The notes below the pieces were generated by a model. It saw nothing but the letters and a program-made list of their open reading frames with translations. It was not told the origin of the DNA and ran no database searches. A stretch of DNA of 64,000 bases from Lytechinus pictus (taxonomy: Eukaryota). The DNA is taken from contig NC_087245.1 of assembly GCF_037042905.1 (NCBI RefSeq), positions 42,162,001 through 42,226,000 on the forward strand. Direction: 5' to 3'. Of this stretch, positions 28,433-40,496 are shown piece by piece (within the stretch, counting starts at the first letter, position 1; every line of letters starts with the position of its first letter). The position numbers and the translations under genes were made by a program.

Positions 28433-29202
28433 ATTGAACCATCAAACAAGGACTGTGATTATATCAGTTTTTATATATATATATTTTTTTTATCCAATTC
28501 AAATTTTAAGTCTCTGGACTAAGTTGGCTCTGGTATCTACGACCAGCAGGTCCTTCAGATTTGATTTCCTTCTGGTGCTCAAAAATGTAACCCGTGCTTG
28601 AATACGTAGCTGCTGATGTTATTGTTCTTCATTATGAGTGCCTAATTTCACCTGGGTTGAGAGTGGCAATTGTTGGTCAATGCCTTGCCAAAGGATGTTA
28701 ATGCTGCAGTGACTTTAGAACACCCCACCTAGTGATTCAGAGCCCAGAGACCCGTCGATAGGACTGTCTGTAGAGACTGCACTTTCATCCTAATGATTAA
28801 ATCATGGTAATTCCAGCAATTATACCTAGATTTAACCATCCACCCAGTCACCCCTCTGATTTTAACTGACACGGCAGATAACCCTCAGAAAATTTATCCT
28901 TCTTGACAATCTTATTTTCAAAGCTTGCAACATTTGTGGCATTTTGCGTCAAAGGTTGTGATGTTACGGTCTTGTGAAGCGGAGTAGGCCACAGCTTGGA
29001 AATGGCAGTCATCCTTGAGATAAAAATCAGTCTAAATGTAGACTTCTGGAGTTTGTTGGAGGTTACATAGGGTCACACAAAGCCACATCCTTTCCTGATA
29101 AAGGGATACCTTTATGCCCAAGAGTGCGGGAAGCCTTGTAGTAAAGGCAAGAGTTCTACTGTGATGATTCCCAGTTTCCCCAGATTACCTCAGTAGTATA
29201 AC

Positions 29203-29555
29203 AGGTCAACTTCCCCAGGAGGACAATTCCCCTTTAGACAATATTTCACTATGAATATTTTTGTACAACACATGTCATCTTGACCATGTTTCTTAGGAAC
29301 TTGTAACTATGTTCACTATGCCATGATTATTGTAATACCTTGGAAACCCTGATTGCAATTGGCTGCTGAGCCCTGTTACCATGGTAGCTGCCATAATGCC
29401 AAAGTTACCATAGTATGAAAAGGCCCCAGGTGGGAATCTCCCTGGAGTACATCTCTCCCCAGATATCACATCCAAAGGCAACTTCTTCAAAAACAATTTT
29501 CATATTACTGTGGAGTGTGGAAGTTGTTCCCCTGGGGAAATTGTCCTTGAACCCT
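29203..29555. mobile_element. Degenerate MITE of similar type, possibly with a nested fragment
   Basis: CAACTTCCCCAGGAGGACAATTCC is mirrored by GGAAGTTGTTCCCCTGGGGAAATTG. Confidence 0.5.
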
Positions 29556-29765
29556 TTGTTCCTAACCAGGCTACACTTCCTTGAGGAGAATGAAATGCTC
29601 TTACGATTTATTTAATGAAAAAAAGAAGATGGAATGAAACGAATTAAAAAATAAGTCAACAAATGTACTAATCATGTAGGGAAAACTGTTAAGAGATGGC
29701 AAATTTATGAAAGTCAGAGAAGGTTTCTTTCAATCCTGAAATGTCAGTGTTGCTTGAGAGTAACA

Positions 29766-30225
29766 TTTTTGTCTCGCCCACCAGAGGAGAAGGCGAGACT
29801 TAGGGATCCAAATGTCGTCCGTTGTCTGTCGTCCGTCCGTTTCAAACATTATGACACATAACTCCGCAATCGTAAGTCACTTTTCTACCAAACTTGGATG
29901 GTAGATGGACTTGGGGGACCTGCATGTTATGCTGCAGGTGGAGGTCACATGGTAAGGTCAAAGGTGCATGTTATGCTAAAGTCGGAGGTCACATGGTAAG
30001 GTCAAAGGTCATTTTCAGGTCAACGTTAAAGTTTACATGCAAGACTCTCTTATGACACCTAACTCCGCAACCGTAAGTCACTTTTCAACCAAACTTGGAT
30101 GGTAGATAGACTTGGGGGACCTGCATGTTATGCTGCAGTCGGAGGTCACATGGTAAGGTCAAAGGTCATTTTCAGGTCAACGTTAAAGTTTACATGCAAG
30201 ACTCTCTTATGACACCTAACTCCGA
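29766..30225 (+). mobile_element. HINE/DINE-1-like element, 3'-truncated
   Basis: TTTTT-GTCTCGCC...GGCGAGAC hairpin, (GTCC)-type microsatellite and 157-bp tandem core (TATGACACCT at 30051 and 30208). Confidence 0.78.
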
Positions 30226-30234
30226 GATTTTTAG

Positions 30235-30612
30235 CCTGGGGGGGGGGGGGGCAGTCAAATGTATTGCTGTACACAAGCGTGGCCAAATTATTTCCAAACA
30301 CTCCCTAAACAAGTTTTTCTCTGTGTGCAAAATAACCCCCTAGACAAGTTTTTCGCGGGCTTTATTTACATATTTTGGCCCCTAAACAAGTTGTTGCCGG
30401 GGAAGAAACTTGGGAAAAAAACATACCCTAAATACATATGACCCTGCGATTGACCATTGACCAGTCTTTCAAAACTACCCCTTTTTTTGAATATCAGTGT
30501 TTTTGATAGTGCACACGCGGCCCGCGTCCAAAACTGAAAAAACACCCCTTTAAACGCGTTTTTTTGGTCACGCGTGTGTGCAGCAATATATTTGACTGCC
30601 CCCCCCCCCTGG
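30235..30612. mobile_element. Poly-G-ended MITE with 9-bp TSD (MULE-like)
   Basis: TIR CCTGG(G)nGCAGTCAAATGTATTGCTGTACAC / GTGTGCAGCAATATATTTGACTGC(C)nTGG; perfect TSD GATTTTTAG at 30226-30234 and 30613-30621. Confidence 0.88.
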
Positions 30613-31331
30613 GATTTTTAGTCATGCTTAAAAATTTGTGTGAAACACCATCCATGATTGAGAAAAAGTTGGATAAGAGGGAGAAGTACTTGGAGAAAGA
30701 TGAGGAAGAGACAGAGACTGAGAAAGTAACAAATGTGATCTACATTATGGACGGACAGACAGACAGGAGATGTAGATGGAGACTGTAGTATTGATAGGTA
30801 TGCATGCATAATAAATGGAACTTGGATGCTGTGCCTAGTAGCTATCTATGGCACACAGTACTCTAGTCAGAAATATGGTATTGGTTAAAGACAAACAAAG
30901 TGTAACAAGACTTCTTGTTTTGTATTTGTGTAGTCTGATCTCCTTGTATTAAATCTTCAATGTAATTACAATCACTATCAATCTATGCATCAGGGCTTGG
31001 TTATATATACATGTATAATGATAATTGATAATCACTAACCAGTAGTTGTCGGGAATTTGTGACAAGTATCTACAAGTACAAGTTCGACAACCTTGATTTT
31101 TCTTCTTCGTCATTGCAGTCCACCCCTGTCACAGCTCTGTCCGTATCTTTCTTCACTTACCCTTCTTTTCTAACCTACATACCTTTTCCCCGAGAAAAAG
31201 ATTCAGAAACTGCAAATTTCTTTGAACATGTGGACTTTTGTTTCAGAACTGAAAAGTCACTAGTATGGTGAAGCCTATGTAACTTGCTATCATTGCATGT
31301 TGTCGGAACTCTGAACGCATATTACAACCAT

Positions 31332-31690
31332 AAACAAGTGGAACGCCAGAGCTGGCTGTCTCGCCTGCATTACGCGATTCAATATAGCAGCAGTGCTGAC
31401 TTTGAAAACAGCCATTGAATAATTATTCACAAAAGAAAACACTCATGATAATAAAACAATATGTCCATTGACCCAACATGACCTTTGACTATGATCATGT
31501 GACCTAAGATGTGTGCAAAATAACCATATATATAGATGCATAAACTTTCTAAGTTCTGACGCCAATTCAACAAGGCCAAAGCTCATTGACCTTAAATGAC
31601 CTTTGATCTTGGTTATGTGACCTGAAACACGCACAGGATATTCAGGGATACATGGTTACTCTTATATGTCCAAGTTTCATGAACTAGGCA
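31332..31690 (-). mobile_element. HINE/DINE-1-like element, 3' part
   Basis: Reverse complement reads CAGGCGAGACAGCCAGCTCTGGCGTTCCACTTGTTT, matching the 3' end of 3410-3896; shares the core repeat (TGACCTTTGA, CCAAGTTTCATGAACTAGG). Confidence 0.75.
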
Positions 31691-32510
31691 AAAAGTAACT
31701 ATTTTCAATGAAAAAATAGAAAGCAAATAATGTAAATCATTAGTTCTTTCATTTGTCTACATTTTTTCTTGCGTAAAACTGTTTTGTGAAAGTATTAGAA
31801 TTTGAACATGTTAGTAAAATGCTTTAATAGTATTATACTTGTTTGATTTTTCTCTAGTCACTCAAGTCAGTCTTGATCTTTGAGAAAGATTTGCTAGCAT
31901 ACAAGAAAGAGAATTCTTCAAATCTGCAGGCTATTTGACTTGAGATTGTTGTTTTGCAAGCCAATGGCTTTTATTGTAATCCCTGACCACATTATTTCAT
32001 AATTGCCTTGTATTTCATGAAATTAATAAATGAATCAAATTGAAATTTAAGATAGAGATAAGTTATAAAACACTTACAGTGATACGTATAAGTTACAGAA
32101 ATTCTCGAACGCTACTTTGATTTTTGTATAGTTTCAGAAATCATTGATACCTTATTTATTTCCTGCTAATTATCAATTATTTTTTCAAAGGCTTTTGAAA
32201 TGTCAACATTTCCCTCATGTATCCGGGTACATGTCATGTCGATTTTACATATTTCAAGATTGTATGTTTACTTCAGAATATCCTGGTGTAAACAACTCTT
32301 TCCATTGTCAAGTGTGTCAGGGGTGTCTAAAACTTCTCATTTTTTATTTTTTTGTAAGGTTTCTTCTATCCAAACCTTGCCACAAATCAGAAGTAAAAAT
32401 CAAGTTGAGTTTGATTATTGGAATTGCATTAGATTGCAACCGTTTCTACAACTGCCCACAGCTCTTAAACCAAGACAATGCCCTTGTGCTCTTTGGTAAG
32501 GAATTAAAAG

Positions 32511-32723
32511 GGTTCCACGACATTTGCTCCAGCGACAATTGCTCCGATGGAAAATCTGCATGTTACAGTAACCCGAACCTTAGACCAAATCTCCAGAACT
32601 AAATAAATCCTTCTCTTTACATTACTCTGAACCAAGAATCCTATTACAATCCTAACTCTAACCCTTTGCCCTCGGAGATATTAAGACCGGAGCAACCGTT
32701 GCAGGAGCATATGTTGCGTCACC
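32511..32723. mobile_element. MITE (GGT...ACC termini, 8-bp TSD; Merlin-like)
   Basis: TSD ATTAAAAG at 32503-32510 and 32724-32731; ACATTTGCTCC / GGAGCATATGT inverted repeats; degenerate CCTAAC tract inside. Confidence 0.8.
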
Positions 32724-34149
32724 ATTAAAAGATCTCCATACCTAGCCTAGGTCCTTTGGAAAGGACCTGAATTATTATTTGCAAACATGTTTTCTTATAT
32801 ACATTAACATACACAGAATATTTTCTTGGGGTAGGGGCAAGATGCATAAACAATTTTTTTACAAATCAGAAAGCGAGGGAGTCAAGCGACCAAGCTTGTC
32901 TTTGGGGAGCACTTATGCATTTTCTAAAGCGAAAATTGAAGGATTTTGTGCACGCTTTTGGTGCATTTGTGAAAAGTTGTGAACGGATTTCAAAATGTCA
33001 AAGGGAGCGGGGAAACTCCCCCTTGTCCCCTATGCTGTGTGCGGCCATATTCTCATATAGCCTAGATGTCAGGTAACCAACAATGAGTGCATTTCCCTCG
33101 GTGGATCCAAATCCATTGATCGGGTCCTTGCATGCCCAAACCCATTGAAATGAAAGTGAGATTGTGAAGATGGTGGAGGCCTCACTCCTCGTTCGTCGTC
33201 GGTAGAGGAAATAATCAATGATGACGTCTTTATGCTTATCTCGTTTGATTTCATTGTCTTTCCTGTGTGAACTGATTGATTTGAGTCTATCCCCAATATG
33301 CATTGAGAAAATGTGTGCACATGGGAGTGGGATAAACCAAAACATATTTTAGCTGTGATCCAGTCAAGTGCTGATTGATTATTTAATGTTTATTTCAAAT
33401 CTGCTCTCATGTTGCATTTGTAACCCCCAAAAATATCATTTTGTTTTATTCAAATATCCAACACTAGTAATAGTTTATCAAGTTTTTTTTTTTTTTTTTT
33501 TTTTACAGAGTGACATACATGTATAGTAATCTGTTTTTTGTTGATTATATAAGTAGTAATTATAAGTGGTTTCCTCTTTTTTTTCCCTTTCATTTTATTT
33601 TGGAAATTGCATTTGAATGTATTGAAGTTGAAAACAGTTTGTTTGCGCTGAACTCTCTCTGTAATGCAATTGACTGAATGGAATGACTGCTTTTGGGCAG
33701 TTCCACGGTTACGGAGTGACATTCAGAAACTAATTTTTTGCATTCAAACAAAGATATCGGCCATATTTGAATAGTTATTTGCAAAGAAATGGTACCTGAC
33801 AGTAGTTGCTGAAACCCACTTTTCAAAATAATAACATTTGTTATTTTGATCCACTGAATTAATGAGATATGAATATTCATAAACATGGTTACGGAGTGAC
33901 GCAAAATGGACATGCATATTTGAGGAAAAGACAAATTGCTCAAACTCTGTGAATCTTGAATTGCTATCATAATTTTGATTTATTGATTGGATTCTATGTT
34001 GTTCTAGCTTTAATATGTTGCATTACATTAAATAATTGGTGTATTATTTTATTAATTACGACTTAAAATGTGAACCCATACTCGGTTACGGAGTGACATC
34101 AGAAATATCGACTCACGGGCAATGTAGAATGAACTTATATTTTAAAATT

Positions 34150-34570
34150 TACCTGCGAATGCAACGGTAGTGCAATGTTGTAAGCCGTGTTGCAACCAGT
34201 CTTGCAACTGTCTTATGGCCTATATATTATTGCACCCAGTCGCAAGACTGACCAGTCTCTATAGGTCGCTAGCACATGTGCAAGTGTTGTACGACCTCCA
34301 GTGGACTAAATGCGACTACTTAGATGTGCCACCTCTCGCATGAAGTCATACAACGTTGAACAACACTCGCACGATGATTGCCCGACAGATGGTACAATTT
34401 TTATAATATGCGAGTGAATTGATCGTATTGGATCGCGTTTGGATTTTGAACATGTTCAAAGTTCAGATGCGACCAGTCACGACCAGCTCGAGTTCGTCTG
34501 ATTGTCTACAACAAGTGCGAGTGCTCGCAAGAAACCAAGAGATAGATCGTGCAACACCAAGAATAAGCTG
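34150..34570. mobile_element. Degenerate MITE fragment
   Basis: TGCGAC/GTCGCA-rich subrepeats and palindrome TTTGAACATGTTCAAA at 34445-34460; termini not identified. Confidence 0.45.
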
Positions 34571-34589
34571 TTGCATGCTGTTGTGAGTG

Positions 34590-34737
34590 ACTTTACAAAC
34601 GACTGGTGATCCTCTCTTTGGAGCTTTATCAATACCAATGAAAATATGGGTCCATATAATTACCACAAGATACATGTAGGATCACCAGTCGATTGTAAAG
34701 TTGCTTACTTCATACCAACCGCTTTATGAAACACCCA
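34590..34737. mobile_element. Short palindromic MITE, paralog of 62233-62412
   Basis: Shared GACTGGTGATCCT / GGATCACCAGTCG and GCTTTATGAAACACCCA. Confidence 0.75.
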
Positions 34738-35099
34738 ACAGTTTGGAAAACCACCTCGTGATGTGGTTTTCGAGATTGCATTGCCTTGTTAAACTGGTTT
34801 AAGCATGTATGTGAGGACAATTGTGTTCTTTCGGAAGAACTCTTTTCATGGAAGTATGAGAGTGTGTGCATTTTGGGTGTGCTCCTCGGTACACACTATT
34901 TGTAGAATGCCTCCTTCCCTGTTGGTTTCAGTAATGGGCCCTTATGTAGGGTCCATGTTTTAATTTTGCAGGAAACATGTGACCCAATTGATGGCAACAA
35001 GACTGCTCTACGTGAAGTGGTTCTGGAAACCAGTTCGGGAGATAGTGATGAGAATGCAAGCGAAGAGATCTCCTAAACTGGTTTCATAAACCGGTTTAA

Positions 35100-35695
35100 A
35101 GGTCAAGTCCACCCCAGAAAAATGTTGATTTGAATGAAAAGAGAAAAACTCAAACTCGCAAAACACTGAAAATTTCATCAAAATTGGATGTAAAATAAGA
35201 AAGTTATGGCATTTTAAAGTATTGCTTATTTTTCACAAAACAGTGATATGCACAACTCAGTGACATGCAAATGAGTCATTCGTTGATGTCCATCACTCAC
35301 TATTTCTTTTGTTTTTTATTGTTTGAATTATACAATATTTCATTTTTTACAGATTTGACCATACGGACCAACTTGACTGAACCATATAGTATTAAACAAT
35401 GCTAATTCCACATGTTCAGGGAGGAATTAATCGCCGTTTCACTTGATAATGTGGAGAAAATTTGAATATTTCATATAATAAAATACAAAAGAAATAGTGA
35501 GTGGATGACGTCATAGTCTCCTCATTTGCATACCGACCAGGATGTGCATGTAACTGTTTTGTGAAATTAAGCGAAACTTTAAAATGTCATAACTTTCTTA
35601 TTTTACGTCCGATTTTGATGATATTTTCAGTGTTATGCTTGTTGGATTTTTCTCTTTTTATTCAAATCAACTATTTGTTGGGGTGGACTTGTCTT
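35100..35695. mobile_element. Kolobok/T2-type MITE, family A
   Basis: TTAA at 35096-35099 and 35696-35699; nearly collinear with 11462-12067. Inserted within a region of AAACCAGTT/AACTGGTTT motifs that is probably another repeat (~34740-35745). Confidence 0.92.
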
Positions 35696-37002
35696 TTAAG
35701 GGAAACCACTTCAAACCAGTTCAAGAAAGTAGATGAGAACAGGATAGTTTCTCTGCTTCTTTCATACATAATTGTATAGGCCTGACCGAAAGTCGATGCT
35801 CATTTCCTCTTGCTTTGCAGACAAGAAACCCATTCCCTCACAACAGGCAGACAGTTAATAGCAGTGATTAGCCAAAATTAGCAACATAATGACACATTGT
35901 CAAGGTGCTGCTATGCTGGCGTGCTTTTGTCATGTAGTCTTCACATGCAGACTCACATTATTTGTAAGTGGTGGTACCAGACTACTGGTACTTCAAGGAT
36001 TTGAAGCACTTCTGCTAAGCTAACCAGGTACGTGTAAACCTGGCGGTCAGGCCCAGTGGTTTACCTGTCTGGTCTGCTTTATAGTGGCTCGGGATTTAAA
36101 CCTGCGTTGCATAGCATTAGCATTAATCACCAAAGTCATTGAACAGAGATTACTAGGCCTTGTCCACAGGCATTGCATGCAGATGTCATAGAATGCGGTC
36201 TTACTTTGTCTTTTTGGACACAATACACTGGCGAAGTACACACATAACGTCATTGTTCAAGTTTTAAAAATGGCTGAATTCACCTTAAATCGTGAATGAA
36301 ATATGTTATTCACTTTCCACGCATCATTTTATTCACAGCTGTTGATTGGGCATCACTTTCAGGTCAAGGAAAGTCTAAGGAGAAAAGTTGGCCATGAAAT
36401 TGAATATTTCAATGAGTCTGCGGAAAGACGACTGGTACACTCTCAAGCTGCGAAACTGCTGAAGCCACGCAAACATAGTGGCCATTTGCATCAAGATTGT
36501 TATTCACTACCAATATAAACCAATCAGGAGCCATCCTTCATAACCACTTTATTTTCGTAAATTTCGTTGCCAAGTAGTGAGCAATGAATATTCATGTAGT
36601 TACAGACAGGTGACCATGACGATATGAAAAAATGCTCACTGGACAGCATGCGTGTGCGTAGTCTGTCAGCCATTTTTATGTAATGGTGAAAAAACGTACA
36701 GACTGTGGGGCCTCGTCAAAATGCTACACTGTACTATGATTGTTGAGCCTAAAAAAACCTAACACTTAATACCTTCTAGCAGGTCCATAGAAAGACTCGA
36801 CTCCCATTATATTATAAGTTGAATTAAATCCTTTTTAGTTATGAAAAGATAGGCCCAAAGAGCAGGACTGATCCGGACATGGTGCTCGGGCTCTCCTCAT
36901 GGTCACACTTCCCCTCACTGTCATATCAACATCCTTCCTGCTCTCTGGGTTCCAGAACAACTGGTCCCCTAAAGAAGATACTGTCCTCTGGGAGATGATG
37001 AT

Positions 37003-37165
37003 CTGGGCCCCATAACACAAAGAGTAGCGATTAAGCGCTAAAATTAAATGACATTTATCAAGATCATCATGGCATGCGCATTTCGCTCAGTAGACCAACT
37101 AGGAACCAGTCAGAATTGTTCCTTCAAATTGGCGATTAACCGCTAACCTTTGTGTTACAGGGCCT
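37003..37165. mobile_element. ~160-bp hairpin MITE
   Basis: GGCCCCATAACACAAAGAGTAGCG / CGCTAACCTTTGTGTTACAGGGCC. Confidence 0.7.
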
Positions 37166-37534
37166 CGATGATTCCCCTTGAGGAGAGGAATATCATTGTC
37201 TGACATTACCTGTGATGATAGGTTAATGTCAAATCTAAAGGAAACGCAGAGGGAGGATGAATGTCAGTTTAATCTCTTTTTAATTGGTTCAGGTTGCTAC
37301 TTAGGGATTGTGATTCTTCGGGGATCACCAGGGGGTGATGCTCTACTTTTAATGTTAGCCAAATTATTTTAGTTTACTCTTTTGGGTATTTTTTATGCTT
37401 GTTGATTTAATTTCTTATGAATCTGACTTTCTCTATGAAATGATTTTGAACTTTGTGTGAAAGATTTGCATTCGAGGTGTGGTGCTTCAAATTATTTTTC
37501 TTTCAATTGAACCAATTCATTAATAATGTATAAT

Positions 37535-37710
37535 TTTCTTGCTTCTTTATCCACCTTCTTCTCTCTTCTCCCTTTTCTTCATCTTGTCCCTTTTCTCTTC
37601 TATTCTTCTTCTTCCTCTATGTCTTATCATCTTCTTGACCACTTTCTTGCCTCATCTTCCTTTTTTTTCCTTCTCTCCCTTTCACTGCTCCCTTTTACAT
37701 CTTGCGTCTT
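37535..37710. repeat. Polypyrimidine low-complexity tract
   Basis: CT-rich (TTC/TCT) sequence. Confidence 0.8.
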
Positions 37711-38564
37711 CCTCAAATTAATCCATTTTAACACACCCCTTTCTCTCTTCAAAGAATGGCCCAAGAAGGGTGAGAAATATCAATCTTCATGGTGAAAAAT
37801 ACATTTTAAAAACCACATGTAAACCAGTTGTCATTTCCGAGATTATACAGATTAATATTGACATTTCTGTAAATTATTATAGCTTTTCAAAAGTCAGAGA
37901 TGGATTGAAGTTCTGTGAATTCACCTGATGGAAACAACCGCAGGTTATTGACCACTGGGACAGCGCAAGCCTTCATCCAATTGTGTGTGTTTCCTAAGTT
38001 TGGTGACCATCACTCATGGGGATAGCTGCTTCGAGTGGGAGGGACCGGATAATCCCGGACAGATATCAAGACGAGCCACTGCGTTATGTGACTCAACACC
38101 AAACAGTTATGCAGCACTAATTTAGCGATTATTTGATGTTTTACGTCTTGGCGTAGCAGGCGTATTACCAGCGCTGTCCGGCAGCAAATTGAATTATGCC
38201 TAGGTAGCCAGAGAGGGTAATCTTTTCTTCCGCATTGATGAAGGAGGGGGGAAATTGGTCAGGGGGGAGTGAAAGATGGGTCATCTATTACCCTATTTGA
38301 TTCGGGGTTTTGTCCTCTCCTAAACTCTGCTCACATGAGGGTGATTGGGATCGTGGAACAATTTTGTTTTCTCCTTTCGTGTCAAAAGTTTGAAGTTCCA
38401 GATATCGTGAGGGAGGTAATATTTGAAGGAGTTGATTTTCTGTATCAATAAATAAATCTAAAACTAAGCCCTCTTTTAATTAAACAAGGAAGGAGAAATA
38501 TATATTTTATCAATTTCTTTTGCTTTATTTAATGCACTGTAGTTTGAGGCTAATTGGCCAAGTG

Positions 38565-38895
38565 AGGAAGAGGATGTTGATGATACTGATGATGATGATG
38601 AGGAGGAGGATGTTGATGATGATGATGATAATGATGAGGAGGATGATGATGTTGATGATGGTGATGATATCAGTGAAGATCATTATGTTGATTATGACAA
38701 TAATGGTGATGATGATGATGATGATGGTGATGATGATAATGATAATGATAAGGAGGAGGATTGGGGTTGTGATGATGAAGAGAATGGGGTTGTGATAATG
38801 ATGGATGATGATGATAATGATGATGGTAAGAATGAAGATAATTCCATCGAAAATAGTGATGATTAGGCGGAGGAATATTATGATGATGATGACAA
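38565..38895. repeat. Degenerate (GAT)n microsatellite
   Basis: Runs of GAT/GAG/AAT triplets, which produce the spurious poly-Met/Ile/His ORFs. Confidence 0.95.
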
Positions 38896-39588
38896 TCATG
38901 CCTGTTTAGTCTTTTCCTGCCAAGTCCTATCCTCGACAAACTTTATAGCATTTTAGTTTGAGAGTTATATCCATAGGGGATGCAACTTATTTTCTTCCTC
39001 AATCGTTTTTCATGCTCATTTAGCCTGGAAAGGAAAAAGCCGGAGGTCATTTTTTTATGGTTATTATAATTGCTAGAACCTGTTGCCATATTATTTCTGT
39101 ACTTCAAGTGACCCTTTTGAATAAGTGACCCCTTTCTCATACTGTTCTTATAAAACTTTGTCAAGGTTTTTCACTGGACTCTCAAATCTCAATCACATGT
39201 TGAATTGTTAGAAATAGTACTCTTTCAAAAGACATAAATTTGTTATATTGAACATTTTTTTGAGTTGTTAACACCTGTACACTTAAAAAAAAATAATCAC
39301 CATTTAAAAATGCAGATGAATAACCATATTTGCAAAGTGTTAGACTGCAATTGTAAGCGAGATTCCACACAGTAATCGGGGTACTGGTTGGATTTAGCTA
39401 GCATGATAACAGGTCATTTTTCCCACATGAAATGTCTTGATATTGTATAAAATGTCACTTCTCTGCCCTTTTAATGGTGATTCTACTTTTCAGTTGTTAA
39501 AGCTTAGGCCTGTATATTTATAAGTAAAGTACACTGTATGAAAATTTTTTGAATGATGACAAGTGAGAAATGAGATTGGCATGATATA

Positions 39589-40496
39589 GGGTGTGTTAAT
39601 GTTGGTTTCAAAATTTAAACGGCAACATGAATCATGATTGAAAATGTGATTACAAAATGCAGATATGATGAGAAACGGAGGGTGTGTTCAATTTCTCCAT
39701 TCCCGGTCGTAAAAGTAAACGTTTGTCAAATCTCGCTGTAGAGGAAAATTGAAACATAAAAAGATGCGTTTTTAAATTCGATCACCTTAGATTTTACGAC
39801 CTTCAGCATCGCAAATGCGACATTGAACATGATTGAGATTAAAAACGTTTTTAAATTTGTTCTCACTGTGGAAGCCTACACAAACAGGTGCCAGAACTGG
39901 TCAAACTGTGCACTGAAGCTGCACTAACGAAAGCGGGAAAGTTAAAGACGATCAACATATAAACAGCTTTATATTTTCAACACTGAGTGAACAGTGCATT
40001 GCTGAACGTGTTGTGCTCTGTGTTTCGTAATTGAGTTTTCAATCATGATTTATGTTGCTTTTTAAATTTGAAACTCGACATTAGGGCCGTCTGCACAAGC
40101 CCAAGTTTTCAAATTAACACGCTATTTCTGATCTGGCAAATTATCCCGATCTGAACAATCTCGAGATTATTTGTAATGGAGACGCAATTATCGCACTAGT
40201 TCGTAGGATTAATCTAGAGATTGCAATCCCAAGTCAACTTGGGATTATTTGCAAAATAGCGTGCTATTTTACGAATTATCCCGCTAATTCGCGGGTGCAG
40301 ACGCACACGGGATTATTTATTCACGGTGTCAGACCATAATGCATCGATGCCTCGCTCGAGCAGGAATCGCTCTTCTTGCGATAGTGGAGACGGGGTTTCT
40401 TGAATCTTGAGATTAATCGCGAAGAGGGCCAATCAGGCTAAAATCTCAAGATTGAGCAAACTCGGGCTGGTGCAGCACCGCCTATTGAAAACACCC
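39589..40496. mobile_element. MITE (host of 40084-40482)
   Basis: TIR GGGTGT..AATGTTGGTTTCAAAATTTAAACGGCAACATGAATCATGATTGAAAA is mirrored at ~40036-40083 and 40485-40496; ATA on both flanks. Confidence 0.75.
40084..40482. mobile_element. MITE with GG...CC termini and TA TSD, nested in 39589-40496
   Basis: TA-GGGCCGTCTGCACAAGCCCAAGTTT ... AAACTCGGGCTGGTGCAGCACCGCC-TA. Shares the TCAGACCATA motif and a CTGATC...CCCGATC palindrome with family G. Confidence 0.8.

Noticed and set aside
35821..36027. Additional shn coding exon (good acceptor at 35820)
   Set aside because: It has a stop codon in the shn frame. It could only be a non-coding alternative exon, and nothing else supports that.
38520..38939. 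Poly-Met/Ile/His ORFs
   Set aside because: These are translations of a (GAT)n microsatellite.
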